The notes: generated from the letters alone by a model not told the origin. Shown: positions 26,547-39,829, numbered from the stretch's first letter. The stretch: DNA of 64,000 nucleotides from Mobula hypostoma (GCF_963921235.1 NC_086097.1:135348001-135412000), one strand, 5' to 3'. Numbers and translations: made by a program.

Positions 26547-27775
26547 CTGCTCGAAAACAAAACAGGCATGGATTAGAAAATTCGTTAAAACTGTCAATGT
26601 CAGAATATTATGAGAATTTTTACTCTGGTAAATACGGTAAATAAACACCAACTGGCCAACCTACATTCATTGTAAACACAAGAGATTCTGCAGATGCTGG
26701 AAATCCACAGTTATACATGAAATGCGGGAGGAATTCTGCAAGTCAGGCAGCATCTCTGGAAATGACTGGAACGGAAGGGGGAAGAAGCCAGGATAAGAAG
26801 GTGGAGGTGGGAAAGAAGTTCAGGCTCGGTGTTAGGGAAGCCAGGTGGCTGGGGAAAGGGCAATGAAGTGAGAAGCTGGGAGGTGACAGGCGGAAAAGGT
26901 AAAGAGCTGGAGAAGGAGGAATCTGATAGGGGAGCAAACTGTTTTTTGTGTTTTTTGTTTTAATGGTATTTCTTCAAAGCTTTGTTTCCATCATTAATTT
27001 TAAGATCTCACATGATTTGACAACCGTTTAATATTAGGAGTATTATTACACAAATTGTTATCGAAAATACTAAACTTTTAGTCATTATTGTTGGCTGTAC
27101 AGCATTGTCAAGTCACTGAATATTCCACAAGAGGGTGGAATATTTTGATTTAGTATAAAATGGGGCATTCATAGATGACTTTCATTAAAGAAAAAAAAAG
27201 GTTAAAGTTAGAAGGAGTTTTGCTAAAGGGGGAATGTTTCAAGTGCATTTTAAGACAAGGACTGCCATAGAACCCTTTAATTTGGACCTGGTTAACACAG
27301 GTGCAGACATAAAACAGGCACTCCAGCTCAGGATTTAGCAGTAACAAAGGGGGTGAATAACCTTTCTCTATTCTGCAATCATTATATTAAATAATGACAC
27401 AAACACCAAATGGCCTTGTAAATATGGATTCGTAATCATATCTTCAAAAATGCAATTATTTTGACTGAATTACATGCTCACATCACAGATTAATGACCTG
27501 CATGAAACATCCACACAAGTAGAAAAGCTATGAAATAACACACAAGAAACAGTGCAGATGTTGATAATCTGGGGCAGCACACAAAATGCTGCAGCAACTG
27601 AGTGGGTCAGGCAGCATCTATGAAGGGAAATGGACGTTTTATGTTGAAACCCATTACCAGACTGGAAAGAGAAAGAGGAAAAGCCAGTACAAAAGAGTAG
27701 GGGGAGAAGTTGAAGCATGAGCAGGCAGATGATAGCTCAATCCAGAAAGGAGGGGGGGGAAGAGTGGGAACGTTA

Positions 27776-29275
27776 TTCAAGTTCAAGTTCAGTTTATTGT
27801 CATTCAATTGTACATGTATACTACCAAATGAAACGTTCCTCCAGACCAAGGTACACAGTATAGTACATATAACTCACACACATTAACAAATAATGTGTAG
27901 TTACAACACAAGTTAAAAAGTACACAGTATAACACTACTGGCACTTCATATGTGATGAGACCTGGGTGGTAGTCTTACGGTCTGGAGGAAGCTGTTTGCC
28001 ATCCTAATGCCACGGTACCTCCTGTCTCATGGTAGAACGTCAGAGATTGTTGGATGGATGAAAGGGATCATTGACAATGTTAAGGGCCCTACATAGGCAG
28101 AGCTCCTGATAAATATCTCTGATGGGTGGAGGGGAGACCCTGGTGATCCTCTCAGCAGTCCTCACAATCCTTTGTAAGAACTTGCATTCACATGCTTTGC
28201 AGTTCCTCTACCAGATGGCGATGCAGCTGGTCAGGACATTCTTCATGACACTCCTGTAATATTGGTTAGAATGGGGGAGGGGAGCCTCAATCACCTAAAT
28301 TTCCTCAGGAAATGGAGACATTGCTTGACCAAAAAAGTGGTGTTGAGGGAGCAGATGAGATCGTCTGTTATGTGCACCCCCAGAAACTTAGTGCTCAATG
28401 GAGGAGCCGTGTATGTGCAGTGAGGAGTGGTCAGCCTGTACCTTACCAAAGTCCACAATCATCTCTTTAGTATTGTCCACGTTGACATTCAAGTTGCTGT
28501 GCTCGCACCATTCTACTCGCTTTCTGTACATCGGTTCATCGTCCTTGTTGATCAGGCTAACCACTGCTGTGACATCAGCAAACTTGCTGATTCGGTTTGA
28601 AATGGATCTAACAGTGCAGTCATGCATCACAGTGTGAACAGCAGCGGGCGAACTGAGCATGCAGCCCTGGGGAGGATCAGTCATCAGTGTGATAAAGCTA
28701 GAGATGTTCCTGCCAACATGGACTAACTGTGGCTTTTCCATCAAGAAATCCAGGATCCAGGTAGAGAGAGAGATGTTGAGACCAGGGCAGTTTACCCATC
28801 GGCTTCTGAGGGATGATCTATAAAAGCCAATCTAAAGCCGATAAACAGCGTCCTGGCTTACGAGGCACCATTTTTCAGGTGGGACTGGCCGGAGTGGGGT
28901 GCAGAGGCTATGGCATCATCAGTGGACTGATTTGAGCAACAAGCAAATTGGAAAGGGCCCAATGTAGCAGGATGATGGGATTTAATGCTATCTATAACCA
29001 GTCACTCAAAGCACTTCATTATTGTTGTAGTCAGTCCCACCGGACAGTAGTTGTTTAGCAGGTTACCGTCGCCCTCCTGGGCACCAGGACAATGGAGGCC
29101 ACCTTGAAACCTGAGGGGACAATGGACTGTCCCAGAGATATGTTGAAGATGTCTGTTAGAACATCTGTTCGCTGGGCTGCACAGACCCTCAGCACACAAT
29201 CAGGTACTTTATCAGCCCTGCAGTTTTGTGTGTGTGTTGACCTTGGCTAGGGTCTTCCTCACATCAGCTGCAGCC
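27776..29275 (-). mobile_element. Rex1/Babar-type LINE fragment
   Basis: NNYCPVGLTTTIMKCFE, PQGCMLSS, SKFAD, TKEMIVDF; TTGAAC-repeat tail near 27776. Confidence 0.75.
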
Positions 29276-29465
29276 AGCTGGGAAGTAATAGGGAAAAAAA
29301 AGGCTGAAGAAGATGGAATCTGGTGAGGGAGGACAGCAAACCATGGAATAAAGGGAGAGAGGTGGGGAGGGGGAACTGGATAAAGATATAGATGGGTGAT
29401 GAGCAGATCGAGAGGATGGGGAAGGGGCAACAGAAGGGTTGAATGGGCTGGTGGGATAAGAAAAA

Positions 29466-29500
29466 GTGTGTGTGTGTGTGTGTGTGTGGGGGGGGGGGGG
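29466..29500. repeat. (TG)n microsatellite followed by a G run
   Basis: Seen directly. Confidence 0.9.
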
Positions 29501-32199
29501 TAGTGTTACCAAAGTTAGAGGCTACCAAAGCAGAATATAAAGTGCTAGTCCTCTAATTTACATCTAGCCTCAACTTGGCAGTTGAGGAGGAAGTGGACAA
29601 ATATGGCAATGTGGGAATAGGAACTGGAATGAAATCAGCTTGTCACTCAGCTGTTAAGGTTGTATGGAATAAGCATCTCTCTCTTGGAAATGGTAATGTT
29701 ATGAATACCATTGCATTTACATAGTGATACTGTAAGCTTAAAATACACATCAGTATGGTTGGTGAAGGCACAGCAAGTTAAAATAAAATTTCAAGAGCAA
29801 CAAAGATCTAAATCAATCATTTCAGTTCGAACACTGGATCTCATGTTTTCATAAGGTTTAAGTTATTTTGTTATTCCAGTAGGTTTGTGAGTGTATTTAA
29901 TTTTAAACCCCAGTAATACCCACTAACAAAAAGCAGTTTATTAGGCAAAATTAACAAGAGACTTTTGATGTTTTTGGTTAGATTTCGAGTAACTTGAAAG
30001 GGACCATAGATTACCCCAATCTCTGTTTCAATTGTTTACCATCCTCTGAGTTTGGAAAACCTTGTTCAACTATTAGGAAGTCCAAAGGCTATTGCCCTTA
30101 ATCATTGTCAGAAATTTCACCTCTCTCCCTAGCAACCAGAACTGGACAATTTATAACCTGTACCATCAATAAAACATGTATTTCAATACCCAAACTCTGC
30201 CTGACTGTTCCCCTTCCTCAGTTTATCTGCTGCTAAATTTCTCATCCACAATCTTATTGTCTCCAAACATGAAGATTTCTACCTTTAAAGCCTCAGGGTC
30301 ACCTAAAAATCTTGATACCCATGTCCTAGTTCTCACCAAGTCTTGTTCACCAATCAGTGTTGACCTATATTGGCTTCTGATTTACAAACGTTTGTAATAG
30401 GTTGTTTATCTGCTGATGTTAGTGATTGCTTTGGTTTGCAGAAACTGTTTGTAGTGAGAGCCAAAGAAAATCAGTCATCTTTCTTCTCTAGCTACCAGTC
30501 CAGAAATTAGGAATCAATTCCCAGTGACAGGTCACTGGGGCTTTGTGTGGTTGTCAACTTAAAGTCCTCAATGTTTTATAATATGACCACCTGCCTCGAA
30601 CTGCTCTGTGGGACAACAAGTCGCATGGCACAGAAACACCCTTTAGCACAACTGATCTATGCCAACCAAGGTACACATTCAAGTTAGTCCCATCTGCCCC
30701 CATTTGGCCAATATCCTTCTAAACCTTTCCTATGCCTTTTCCTGTCTGAAACCAATTGCTGGATGACCAGGCCAATAACAATAGTACCTTGCATTTCTAC
30801 AGCATCTTTCACAAGCACAGGACATTCCAAAGCAAATTACACCCAACAGTGGTCTTTTAAACTACACTATCCCAGAAGCTACTGGCATGATCTCTGAAGA
30901 CAGGGCAAGCGAAAGTAAATGATCAAGGGAATTTGGAGACAAGGAAATTACAAATGAGCCCAGTAAACCTCAGCTTGAATGGTGAGGGGAAAGAAATGAT
31001 TCTCTACTTGCTCGAGGGGAAGGGGAGAAAATCCCTGAAGATCATGATCCTGGTATCCTAAAGATACACAGTAATCAACGGGGTCCTAATTACTGGTGAT
31101 GAACAGAAAGACCCTGGTGGGGGAACAAATCCAGAACTTTCTGAAAGTCACAACCGTAAGTGGATAAGATAGTGAAGAGGCACATGGAACGCATGCTTTC
31201 ATTGGTTTTGGCTGGGATATCACATTGTAGGCTTATGAAACATTAGGTAGGCATCCCTGGAGTATTATGGGCAATTCTGTTGCCATAATTCAGGAAGGAT
31301 GATGTACACAGCAAGGATATTGCCTGGGATGAAACATTTCAGTCCTAAGCAGAAACTGTTTAGATTGTTTGTTTTCAGTAGAGTGTGAACTGAGGTTGGT
31401 GGGGGGGGGGGAGGGGGAAGAAGCTGGTGAAGGTGTGAAAAATTATGAGTGAGATTGATAGGGTAATCAATAAGAATCTTTCTTCCCTTATGACAGTGGA
31501 GAGGACAAAGGGCATAGTTACAGGTGGGAGGTTTAGAGGAGATCGGAGGGAGAGATTTTTTTTCACCCAAGGGGGTAAGGCTAGAATCTGGAACACACTG
31601 CCTAAGGGGGTGGTGGAGGTGTAGACTTTCACAATATTCAGAAAGCAACATGAAACAGCAAAGTAGGACTTCTGGACGAATTCAGAGATGTCGAACAGTG
31701 TTTGTGAGAAGAGAGGAAGTGTCAATGATTCCAATCGAAACCCTGCAAGAGGAATGAGAGGAGAGAAGCAAGATGGCCTGTGTCGAGAGGGAATGCTGTA
31801 GTGCGATAGGAGTCAGAGGCGGCTGGCAGACTGAGGAGGGGTATACAATGACAAGCGGGTAACTCTCGGTGGGTGGAGACGAGGAAGTGGCAGGTGGATG
31901 ATAGATGGAGGCAAATAAAGATCGAGAAAAATTGAAAGCAAACTGGGCCAGGTGGAAGGAAGGGAGGGTGAAGACTTAAGATAAACAGTAAAGTAGTTAA
32001 GTTTGGGGACCATGCGGAAGGGGTTGGAGCAGATGGAACCAGAACCAGATGAGGATGTGAAGCACCAAGGCGTAAAAAGCTACTAATGTGGGTACATTGG
32101 ACTATTGCAGCTAAACACAATAAAGTAGTTAGTGTAGTTAAATACGGAATGGACACGGTAGACCGAAGCGTGTGATTCTGGAGAAAGACGGAGTTAAAT

Positions 32200-32550
32200 G
32201 GTCTATGCAGTCTACCTCCACCACCCACCCCGCCTTGCCGGGCCCAGGGCTCAAGTTTACCCGTCGCTCGCTGAAGCTCTGGGCTTGCGGTGCCAAATCC
32301 GGCCGCGCTCCTTTTGCCCGAGCTCCGCGACCCGCTGCATCCCGCCTCTCGCCGGCGCCAAATTCAAACTCCCGCCGCCTTCAGAGTCTCAGACATCACC
32401 CAGCACCGGACGAGACGCTAGAAACTCCCGGAGTGAAATCGCCTCCGCCGCATTAACCGAGAAGCCGTGGAAACCGAACAAACTTAGCCCCCAAACGACA
32501 TCGCTTCCCAGAAAGGCGCATGCGCCCTATCGCAAAGCGAACTGGGAATT
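32200..32550. promoter_or_regulatory. CpG island / promoter of TBC1D31
   Basis: Locally GC- and CpG-dense segment spanning exon 1 in an AT-rich background. Confidence 0.8.
32261..32340 (-). CDS. TBC1D31: TBC1D31 (WDR67) coding exon 1
   Basis: Translates MQRVAELGQKERGRIWHRKPRASASDG, matching the recalled human N-terminus MQSTDLGNKESGKIWHRKP; lies in a CpG-rich island; donor GG|gtaaac; 80 nt, phase 2. Confidence 0.92.
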
Positions 32551-32555
32551 GTAGT
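32515..32555. promoter_or_regulatory. TBC1D31 promoter motifs: NRF1 palindrome and ZNF143/THAP11-type ACTACAATTCCCA
   Basis: GGCGCATGCGCC at 32515-32526; TGGGAATTGTAGT at 32543-32555 (reverse complement ACTACAATTCCCA); about 175-215 bp upstream of the ATG. Confidence 0.7.
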
Positions 32556-33699
32556 TTATACTGTTGCACAGCCAGTATTTTGATTTAATTTACTTAAGTT
32601 TCCTGTTTGATAATAACTTTGCGATATTTTAATTGCTTGAGCCTCTTGGAGAAAAAAATAGGATGACCTTTTTTTAGGTTTATTTCGATTGGTTTGTTGG
32701 TCCACGTGCCGCCTCTACTAATGAAGAAAGCTATTTACGTGCAGGTTTAATTATCATTCAACCAACCATACATGAATAGAGCCAAACGAAACAGCTTTCC
32801 TCCAGGGCCAAGAAACAAATAATTTGCATTGGTCTAGTAAATTATAATTTGAAAGTGTATTTCAGACTTGGAGGGAAATTTAATCAGTGGTAAAAATCGC
32901 AATGCTATTCTGAGTTCAAGATGGCAATAGCCATGGACTGATACATCATAAAGGTGCTTTTAGAAATTATCCTTAAAGGTGTACACATTGTGGAAGGCTT
33001 AATGTTATGTTGGAAGTACACAAATTATCCATTCTGACATACTATACTATATTATGTACTTAAAAATGCCTCATTCCTACATACCAAGCCTTGTAAGAAA
33101 TGCCTGGAATCAAAAAAACTATTGTGCAACATTTATTTTTGTTCATCTATATGCATTTGAAAGGTTCTGTAAATTAGTTCCGTTGTTTCAGTAATCCATT
33201 TCTTTTAAAAATCTAATCAAATTGTAATACAACAAAAACGGTTTCAATGCTGGAAATCAATGGTCAAAGTTTTTAGGACCAATTATATTACTACAGCACA
33301 TTGTATATCTTCAGAGATTACGATCTAGACAAATCTCTTCAAAATCAATTATAGTTTTGCTGAGCTGAATTTTTATTATTTATGTAAAAATTGCTTGATT
33401 AGCTAACTTAAGAAAAATAGCTTTGTGTCAAATCAACAACTGTTTGTTTCTCCAACCTTAATTCAACTGTTGGTGTAATTTAGCTATCATATTGCCTTTG
33501 AATTATCTTGATACAAACTATTTCCAGTGGTGCCTATATTATTAATGATTCTGATATAAACTAAATAATATCAAAATGTACTTGCGCTATGAAGATAATT
33601 GAATCCTCAAAAGCATGTGCATTTGAGATGCCTAAATACAGGAAAATGCTTTAAAATACTCCTCCTGCAGTTCATTCTTGTACTTCTAATTATTTATAA

Positions 33700-33779
33700 C
33701 AAGGGTTCCCATCCTGGGCTCCACGGACCCCTCGGTTAACGGCAGGTGTCCATGGCATAAAAAAGTTTGGGGAGCCCTG
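33700..33779. mobile_element. 80-bp hAT-type MITE
   Basis: Imperfect TIR CAAGGGTTCCC.../...GGGGAGCCCTG; 8-bp TSD ATTTATAA / ATTTATAG. Confidence 0.6.
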
Positions 33780-34004
33780 ATTTATAGTACAGTAATATAC
33801 ATTTTTTTTGTGATTTAGAAACCTCCAAACATTTGAAGATGTGCCTGGTTCAATTTAGTTAATATGCATTTAAAATGTATTCTGTTGACATACAGTATGG
33901 TTGTGTGTAAAATATTGGTTGTTTAAGGCTCTTATCTTTGATTAATGTGGAAGGTGACATTTGAAAATCTTTGCAAAAAAAAAAGAAAAACAAAACTCCT
34001 TGGA

Positions 34005-34370
34005 GCGACAGAGGATGAGAGGTACAAGAGGCATTGATCTTGTGGATAGTCAGAGGCTTTTTCCCAGGGCTGAAATGGCTGACATGAGAGGGCATAGTTT
34101 TAAGGTGCTTGGAGGTAGGTAGAGAGAAGATGTCAAGGGTAAGTTTTTTATACAGAAAGTGGTGAGCGTGTGGAATGGGCTGCGGGCAGCGGTGGTGGAA
34201 GTGGAAACGATAGGGTCTTTTAAGAGACTCCTGGATAGGTACATGGAGCTTAGAAAAATAGAGGGCTATGGGTAAGCCTAAGTAGTTCTAAGGCAAGGAC
34301 ATGTTCAGCACAGCGTTGTGGGCCGAAGGGCCTGTATTGTGCTGTAGGTTTTCTATGTTCTATGTTTTCT
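34005..34370 (+). mobile_element. CR1 LINE 3' fragment
   Basis: CR1 3' coding end with TTCTATG-type tail. Confidence 0.8.
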
Positions 34371-34459
34371 AAAACATATTGCCAACAGCAACAGCATACT
34401 GCGCAATGCACAAAAAGCACATATGGTTATGATTTCAGAAATGAGTTGAGGCAGATAGA

Positions 34460-37400
34460 ATTGCAATATTAAGAATATTAAAAAAGCAGGTTCTGAGGGT
34501 GATGTTATTGTTATGAGTGACTAATTTCCTGAATATTCAGGGGGAGAACCCAGAGGCTAATGGATTACAGGAAAGTGAATTAATTGAGTTATTAAATTAT
34601 TGTTTTTTGATCCAGTATGTTAAGGCACTAACAAGAGGGCGGCCTGTCTAGATTTGATATTCTGTAACAATCGAGATAGAATTTTGAGTACGGAAGTTGT
34701 TGAGCCTTTAGAAACAAGCAATCATAACATTCTTAGTCTCGAAGTTTCTGGGAGTGTATATCAGTAAAAACCAAAACCATTAAATTGAATTTCAGAAAGG
34801 CAAGGTTTGTGCAGATGCGTCAAGGACTTCAGAAGATAAACTGGAAGGAAATGCCGTAAAGAGGTAATACACACAGTACAGAAAATGTTCACACCCAAGG
34901 TCGAGAGAAGTAATAAAAACAATAGATCAATTATATGGATGAATAAAGATATACATAAAGATTATTGGAGGAAAAAAACAGCTATATAAGGAATACAGAA
35001 AAAATAGTAATGCTGTTAACCGTAGGGTATATGAAAATATGAGCGCTATAGGCAAGAGGGAAATTCAGATTGCCTAAAGGCATTTTGAGATAATGCTATG
35101 TTGCTGATAATGCTAAGATTGACCCTGGGAGATTGTTTCAATACTTTAGTAGTAAAGGAAAAGTCAAGGAGGAAGTTAAGTGTATCAGGAATAATCATGG
35201 GGTGTCAAATTATGCAGAGAAGGACATAACAGATACCCTTGACTAATATTTTGCTAAAGTATTCACCTGCGAAGATGTTAGCACTATGCCAGTGAGTGTA
35301 GAGAAAAATAAGGTTTTAAGTGACTTAGAGGTCTTAGAAAGAGAGGTCCTGCTTCAGCTGAAAAGGCTGAATGTTAATAAATCTCCAGGGCCAGACAACA
35401 TATATCCAAGGGTACTTAAAGAGGTCTGTGGTTATAAATAAAAACCCCTAACATGTATTTTTCTGAAGTCAGTGAAGACTGGTGAAATCCTTAAGGACTG
35501 GAAATGGGCTAACATTGTCCTGATATACAGGAAGGGTGATTGCACTAACGCTGGTAACAAGAGACCAGCAAGCTTAAGGTGTATCACAGGCAAAATAATG
35601 GAAACAGTAATAAAGGATGAAATTACTCTTTGGAGAGAAGGAGGATGAAAGGAGACATGATAGAGGTGTACAAGATAATAAGAGGAATAGATAGAGTGGA
35701 TAGCCAGCGCCTCTTCCCCAGGGCACCACTGCTCAATACAAGAGGACATGGCTTTAAGGTAAGGGGTGGGAAGTTCAAGGGGGATATTAGAGGAAGGTTT
35801 TTTACTCAGAGAGTGGTTGGTGCGTGGAATGCACTGCCTGAGTCAGTGGTGGAGGCAGATACACTAGTGAAGTTTAAGAGACTACGAGACAGGTATATGG
35901 AGGAATTTAAGGTGGGGGCTTATATGGGAGGCAGGGTTTAAGGGTCGGCACAACATTGTGGGCTGAAGGGCCTGTACTGTGCTGGACTATTCTATGTTCC
36001 ATGTTCTATGAAATGGAAAAGTAGTTGATAAGAACAGGCATGTTGGCAGAAAGCCAGCATGGATTCAGTAAGGGGAAATCACGTTTTACTACTATGCTAG
36101 AGTTCTATGAAGAAGCAACTAAAACTTTTGATAACAATTGAGCAGTTGATATCATTTACTTGGACTTACAGAAGCCTTTTGACAAGGTACCCCATGAGAG
36201 GTTAATAATCAAATTACAGGAGGTAGGGATTCAGGGCAAGGTGTGCAAGTGGGTGCAGAATTGGCTCAAAAACCGAAAACAACGAGTTATGGTGAGAACA
36301 CCTAGACAATATTAGAAGTGAAGTTCCGCCAAGATCAGTCTTGGGGCTGTAGCTGTTTTTAATTTACATTAGTGATAGGAATAAGCACATAACAAATAAA
36401 CGCATAAAGTTTGCTGATGGAACAAAGATAAGGGGACAGGCTAATAACATTCAGACAGTAGGATCAATATGGTTAGAGCTAAACAAAATCCAGATGTGGG
36501 CAGATAAAATTTAATGTAAGGATAACGCAAAGTCATATTGTGTGAGGGATGTGACGGCACTGAAGACAGCCCAGAGAAGGGCGACTGGACTCATTCCAGA
36601 TCCGCATGGTATCAGCTATGAAAAAAGACCAGAAGAATTAAATCTTTTTAGCCTACGTAGACATAGAATGAGAGGAGACATAATAGAAGTGTTCAAAATC
36701 ATTAAGGGTATGAGTATTGAGTTGATTATTAAAATCACGAGCATTAAGGGGTCCCAATGCTGTTCCTTTATCCTTATAGCTTTTAATTCTCACCCAGATA
36801 TCTTCACCAAGTCTTGATTCATCTCCCATCATAAGCCTGCTTCACATTTAAATTCTCTCTCATGTGTATGGCTACTCCTCCACCTTTACAATCTCGCTTA
36901 CCTTTCCTAAGTATATCCTTTAATACTATATTCATCACCATCCTTTGAGGTCAGCCAGGTTTCAGTTATTGCTATTAGATCATATTTATACACACTTGCA
37001 TGTAATTCCAGCTCATTTATTTTATTCTTAATACTTCTTCCATTTATACAGGACATCCTTAGTCTATTACTGTTATTTTTCATCTGATTTTGACCCATTT
37101 TTATATTTTTGAAGCCCATAATCAGTTTATGTCCTAATATATTATTCTCCACAATGGTGTTGAGCCTGGACTGTTCGAAGTTCCCTGCCCCCACCATTCC
37201 CTAGTTACACAGTCCTCAGCGATCTGAAGCATATGCCTGCCCTGTACACTAGAGTCCCTTCAGTTGAAATGCAACCTGTCCTGGTGGTACAAGTTTCGTC
37301 TGCCCCAAAAGGCACCCCAATGCTCTATAAACCGATGCCTCTCTAACCTACACCATGATTTGAGCCTCCATCTTACCTGGACTGGCTCGTGACACAGGTG

Positions 37401-37900
37401 GAACTTCTGCGAAGACAACCTTGTCGGCTTTGTTCCAAAGCTTCCCACCTAACCCTTTAACATTGTCTTGCAGAACTGACAGCTTGCCCTTACCCATGTC
37501 ATTTGTTCTGTTGTGGCAAATGACTACTGGACTCACGTCAGCTCTGGCCAGGAGTTTGTCTACTTCTGGTAGGCAACACCCTGACACCCCGTACGAAACG
37601 TCCTTGTCAGTACTCACCTGGATCTCAACCCCCCACCCCCCGATAACTGACTCCCCTACTGTCACTACTTCCTTTTTACAAGGTTTAGGTTTGGGATTAG
37701 AAAGGGTCCTGTGGGGCTCCTCTGTTCTGCCTACTACCTCAGAGGTTTCATGATTGTCGTTGAGCATCGCTAAATGTTCAAAATGGTTGGACACTTCCAA
37801 CTCTGGGGTTAAAGCCTCCGGGCAGTGCGCATCTCTTAACCTGTGTTTCCTTTCCAGTCGCCCACCTGTCTCTATCTGGTCTGGAATTTCAACCCGCATT
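34460..37900. mobile_element. Old CR1 LINE with an internal inversion (about 34460-36715 on plus, 36720-37900 on minus)
   Basis: Minus part encodes an ORF1 esterase-like stretch (CHNRTND) and the ORF2 start (NGRSIKNK...IAITETWL); plus part continues the endonuclease and RT. Confidence 0.75.
35624..36007 (+). mobile_element. Young CR1 3' fragment nested in the old CR1
   Basis: Near-identical to 11361-11733; 7-bp TSD ATGAAAT (35617-35623, 36008-36014). Confidence 0.88.
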
Positions 37901-38876
37901 GTTTTGGTTTTGTGCTACCTTGATATACTTATGATCTGTCTCAATGACATGCAAACAGAAGCTTTTCACTGTATCTCCTATTACCGTTTGAAGTTTAAGG
38001 TCGAAAACACACACCAGTCCACCGAGAGGTCAGTGGCAGATAGTGAAAGCAGCTTCAGTTTTCTGGGGTCTCGGCCTGAAACGTCGACTGCGCCTCTTCC
38101 TATAGATGCTGCTTGGCCTGCTGCGTTCACCAGCAACTTTGATGTATGTTGCTTCAGTTTTCTGGGCATCGACATCTCAGGGGATCTATCCTGGGCCCAA
38201 CATCTGTTTCTCTACTTCTTTAGGCCTTTGAGAAGGTTTGGTGTGTCACCAAAGTTATAAATTTCGAGAGACAGTGGAAAACATTCTAACTGGTTGCATT
38301 GCTTCCATTTATACCATGCATTGGTTCATATGGAGTCCCTAATGCATGGGCACAATCTTCCCAGCCACTGAGGACGTCTTCACAAGGCAATGGCTCACGA
38401 AGGTAGTGTCCATTATTAAGGACCCTCACCATCTGGGACATGCCCTCTTTGCATTATTAATATCCAGGACCCACACTCAACTTTTTAACAACTTCTTCCC
38501 CTCTCCGGTCAATGTTCTGAATGGTCCATGAACACCAAATAATTATTTGACTTTCTTTTAAACTATTATAACTTGCTTTTATAACTTAGAATAAAGGTTA
38601 TGTATTGTCCTGTACAGTACTGGTACCGCAAACAAGTTTTGCTGCATTTATCAGTACTAATCTGATTTTGAGCTTATTGTCATATGCACCGGTACAGTGA
38701 AAAGCTTACTTGCAGTAACATCAGAGACACATAGCATCATATAACCAGCACTGCCAGAAAAAATAAATATTGAACACAACTTTTACAATTCATGCGTACT
38801 GAAAACGCAGTTTTGGAAGATATAGGAGCATGTCAATCATCCGTTGCTATGCTGCTGCCCTCTAACCTGGGTGTGC

Positions 38877-38890
38877 TGACGTGGACCAAT
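38877..38890. promoter_or_regulatory. Overlapping UPRE (TGACGTGG) and ERSE-II (ATTGG-N-CCACG, minus strand) ER-stress element
   Basis: TGACGTGGACCAAT ends 50 nt before the DERL1 ATG; exact matches to both consensus sequences. Confidence 0.75.
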
Positions 38891-38940
38891 GACGAGTGAG
38901 CGCGTCAGGGGTGTTTCTCCCGGCACCCTCCGGCGCGGCG

Positions 38941-39099
38941 ATGGCGGACAGCGGACTGGGCGAGTGGTACCGCGGCATCCCCCCGGTCACCCGCTACTGG
39001 TTTACAGGCTGCGTAGCGCTGCCGGTGTTGGAACGGCTCAACGTGGTGAGCGGCAGGTCCCTGATCCTGTGGTCGGAACCCTTTTTCAACAACTTCCAG
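38941..39099 (+). CDS. DERL1: Derlin-1 coding exon 1
   Basis: gcggcgATGG Kozak context; MADSGLGEWYRGIPPVTRYWF...WSEPFFNNFQ resembles the DERL1 N-terminus; CAG|gtacgg; CpG island; head-to-head with TBC1D31 as in human. Confidence 0.92.
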
Positions 39100-39829
39100 G
39101 TACGGACGGGCCTGCGTTGAAGGGGCCTGAGGGCTTCGAATCCTCGACTGCAGCTCCCCTTCCCTTTCCTCTCTTCTCCTGCTGCCCCTACACTTGGCTT
39201 CGAGCAGGAAAGGGGGGAGGTTGTGGTGGGTGCGGCCGGGGGGGGTGCGGTTGGGAAGATGGGAGGAAGGTGCAGTTGATGGGATAAATTGGGAGGCTTG
39301 ATTTCGAGATGCTGAGGGATAAATTGGAGTCGGGGGGAGGGGGTGGTGGGGGGTTGCTAGTCTCAGTGGCCGGGGAAATCGCCGGGAATTGCTCATGTTT
39401 TCCATTCTGGTTTTGTGGGTGTTTAGAGTGATTGATGCGGCTAATATGGGGACTGAAGGCTTTGTGACAGGTGGGTAGGAGATACCGGATGAAGCGAGTG
39501 GTTAATTTATTCAGGGTTCGAATCTTTTGATGTGGGCTGCAAGTTTAGTTAAAGTTGTGAGTTATCACAACACAGTACCTTGCTGACTCGTTGACCGGAA
39601 GCTTGTACTGGAAGCTGATATCTTTGCTTTGTAAATATTCCCGCAAAACTGATTTATAAAATTTGTATCTTCCAATTCATTTTTACTTTAATTCTACTTC
39701 CTGATGTTATCTTACATTAGCAGAAAATCCAGAATGCATAGTAACGCTACTGGCAAGAAGTTGTTAATGCAAAGTGAAATCAGATTTTTAATACAATAAT
39801 TTAATGTTTAAAGCAGTCTATTTACAACT

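Larger units (their letters stand above)
38870..39390. promoter_or_regulatory. CpG island / promoter of DERL1
   Basis: GC/CpG-dense segment spanning exon 1 and the start of intron 1. Confidence 0.8.

Noticed and set aside
32461..32474. Possible RFX X-box (GAAGCCGTGGAAAC) for a ciliary gene
   Set aside because: Only one half-site matches; too weak to call.
32172..32554. GC-rich plus-strand ORFs over the TBC1D31 promoter
   Set aside because: Stop-poor frames expected in a CpG island; antisense to the real exon 1.
38889..39287. 132-aa ORF overlapping DERL1 exon 1 (possible upstream ORF)
   Set aside because: Its ATG lies inside the CCAAT promoter element, probably upstream of the start site; it runs into intron 1 and resembles no known protein.
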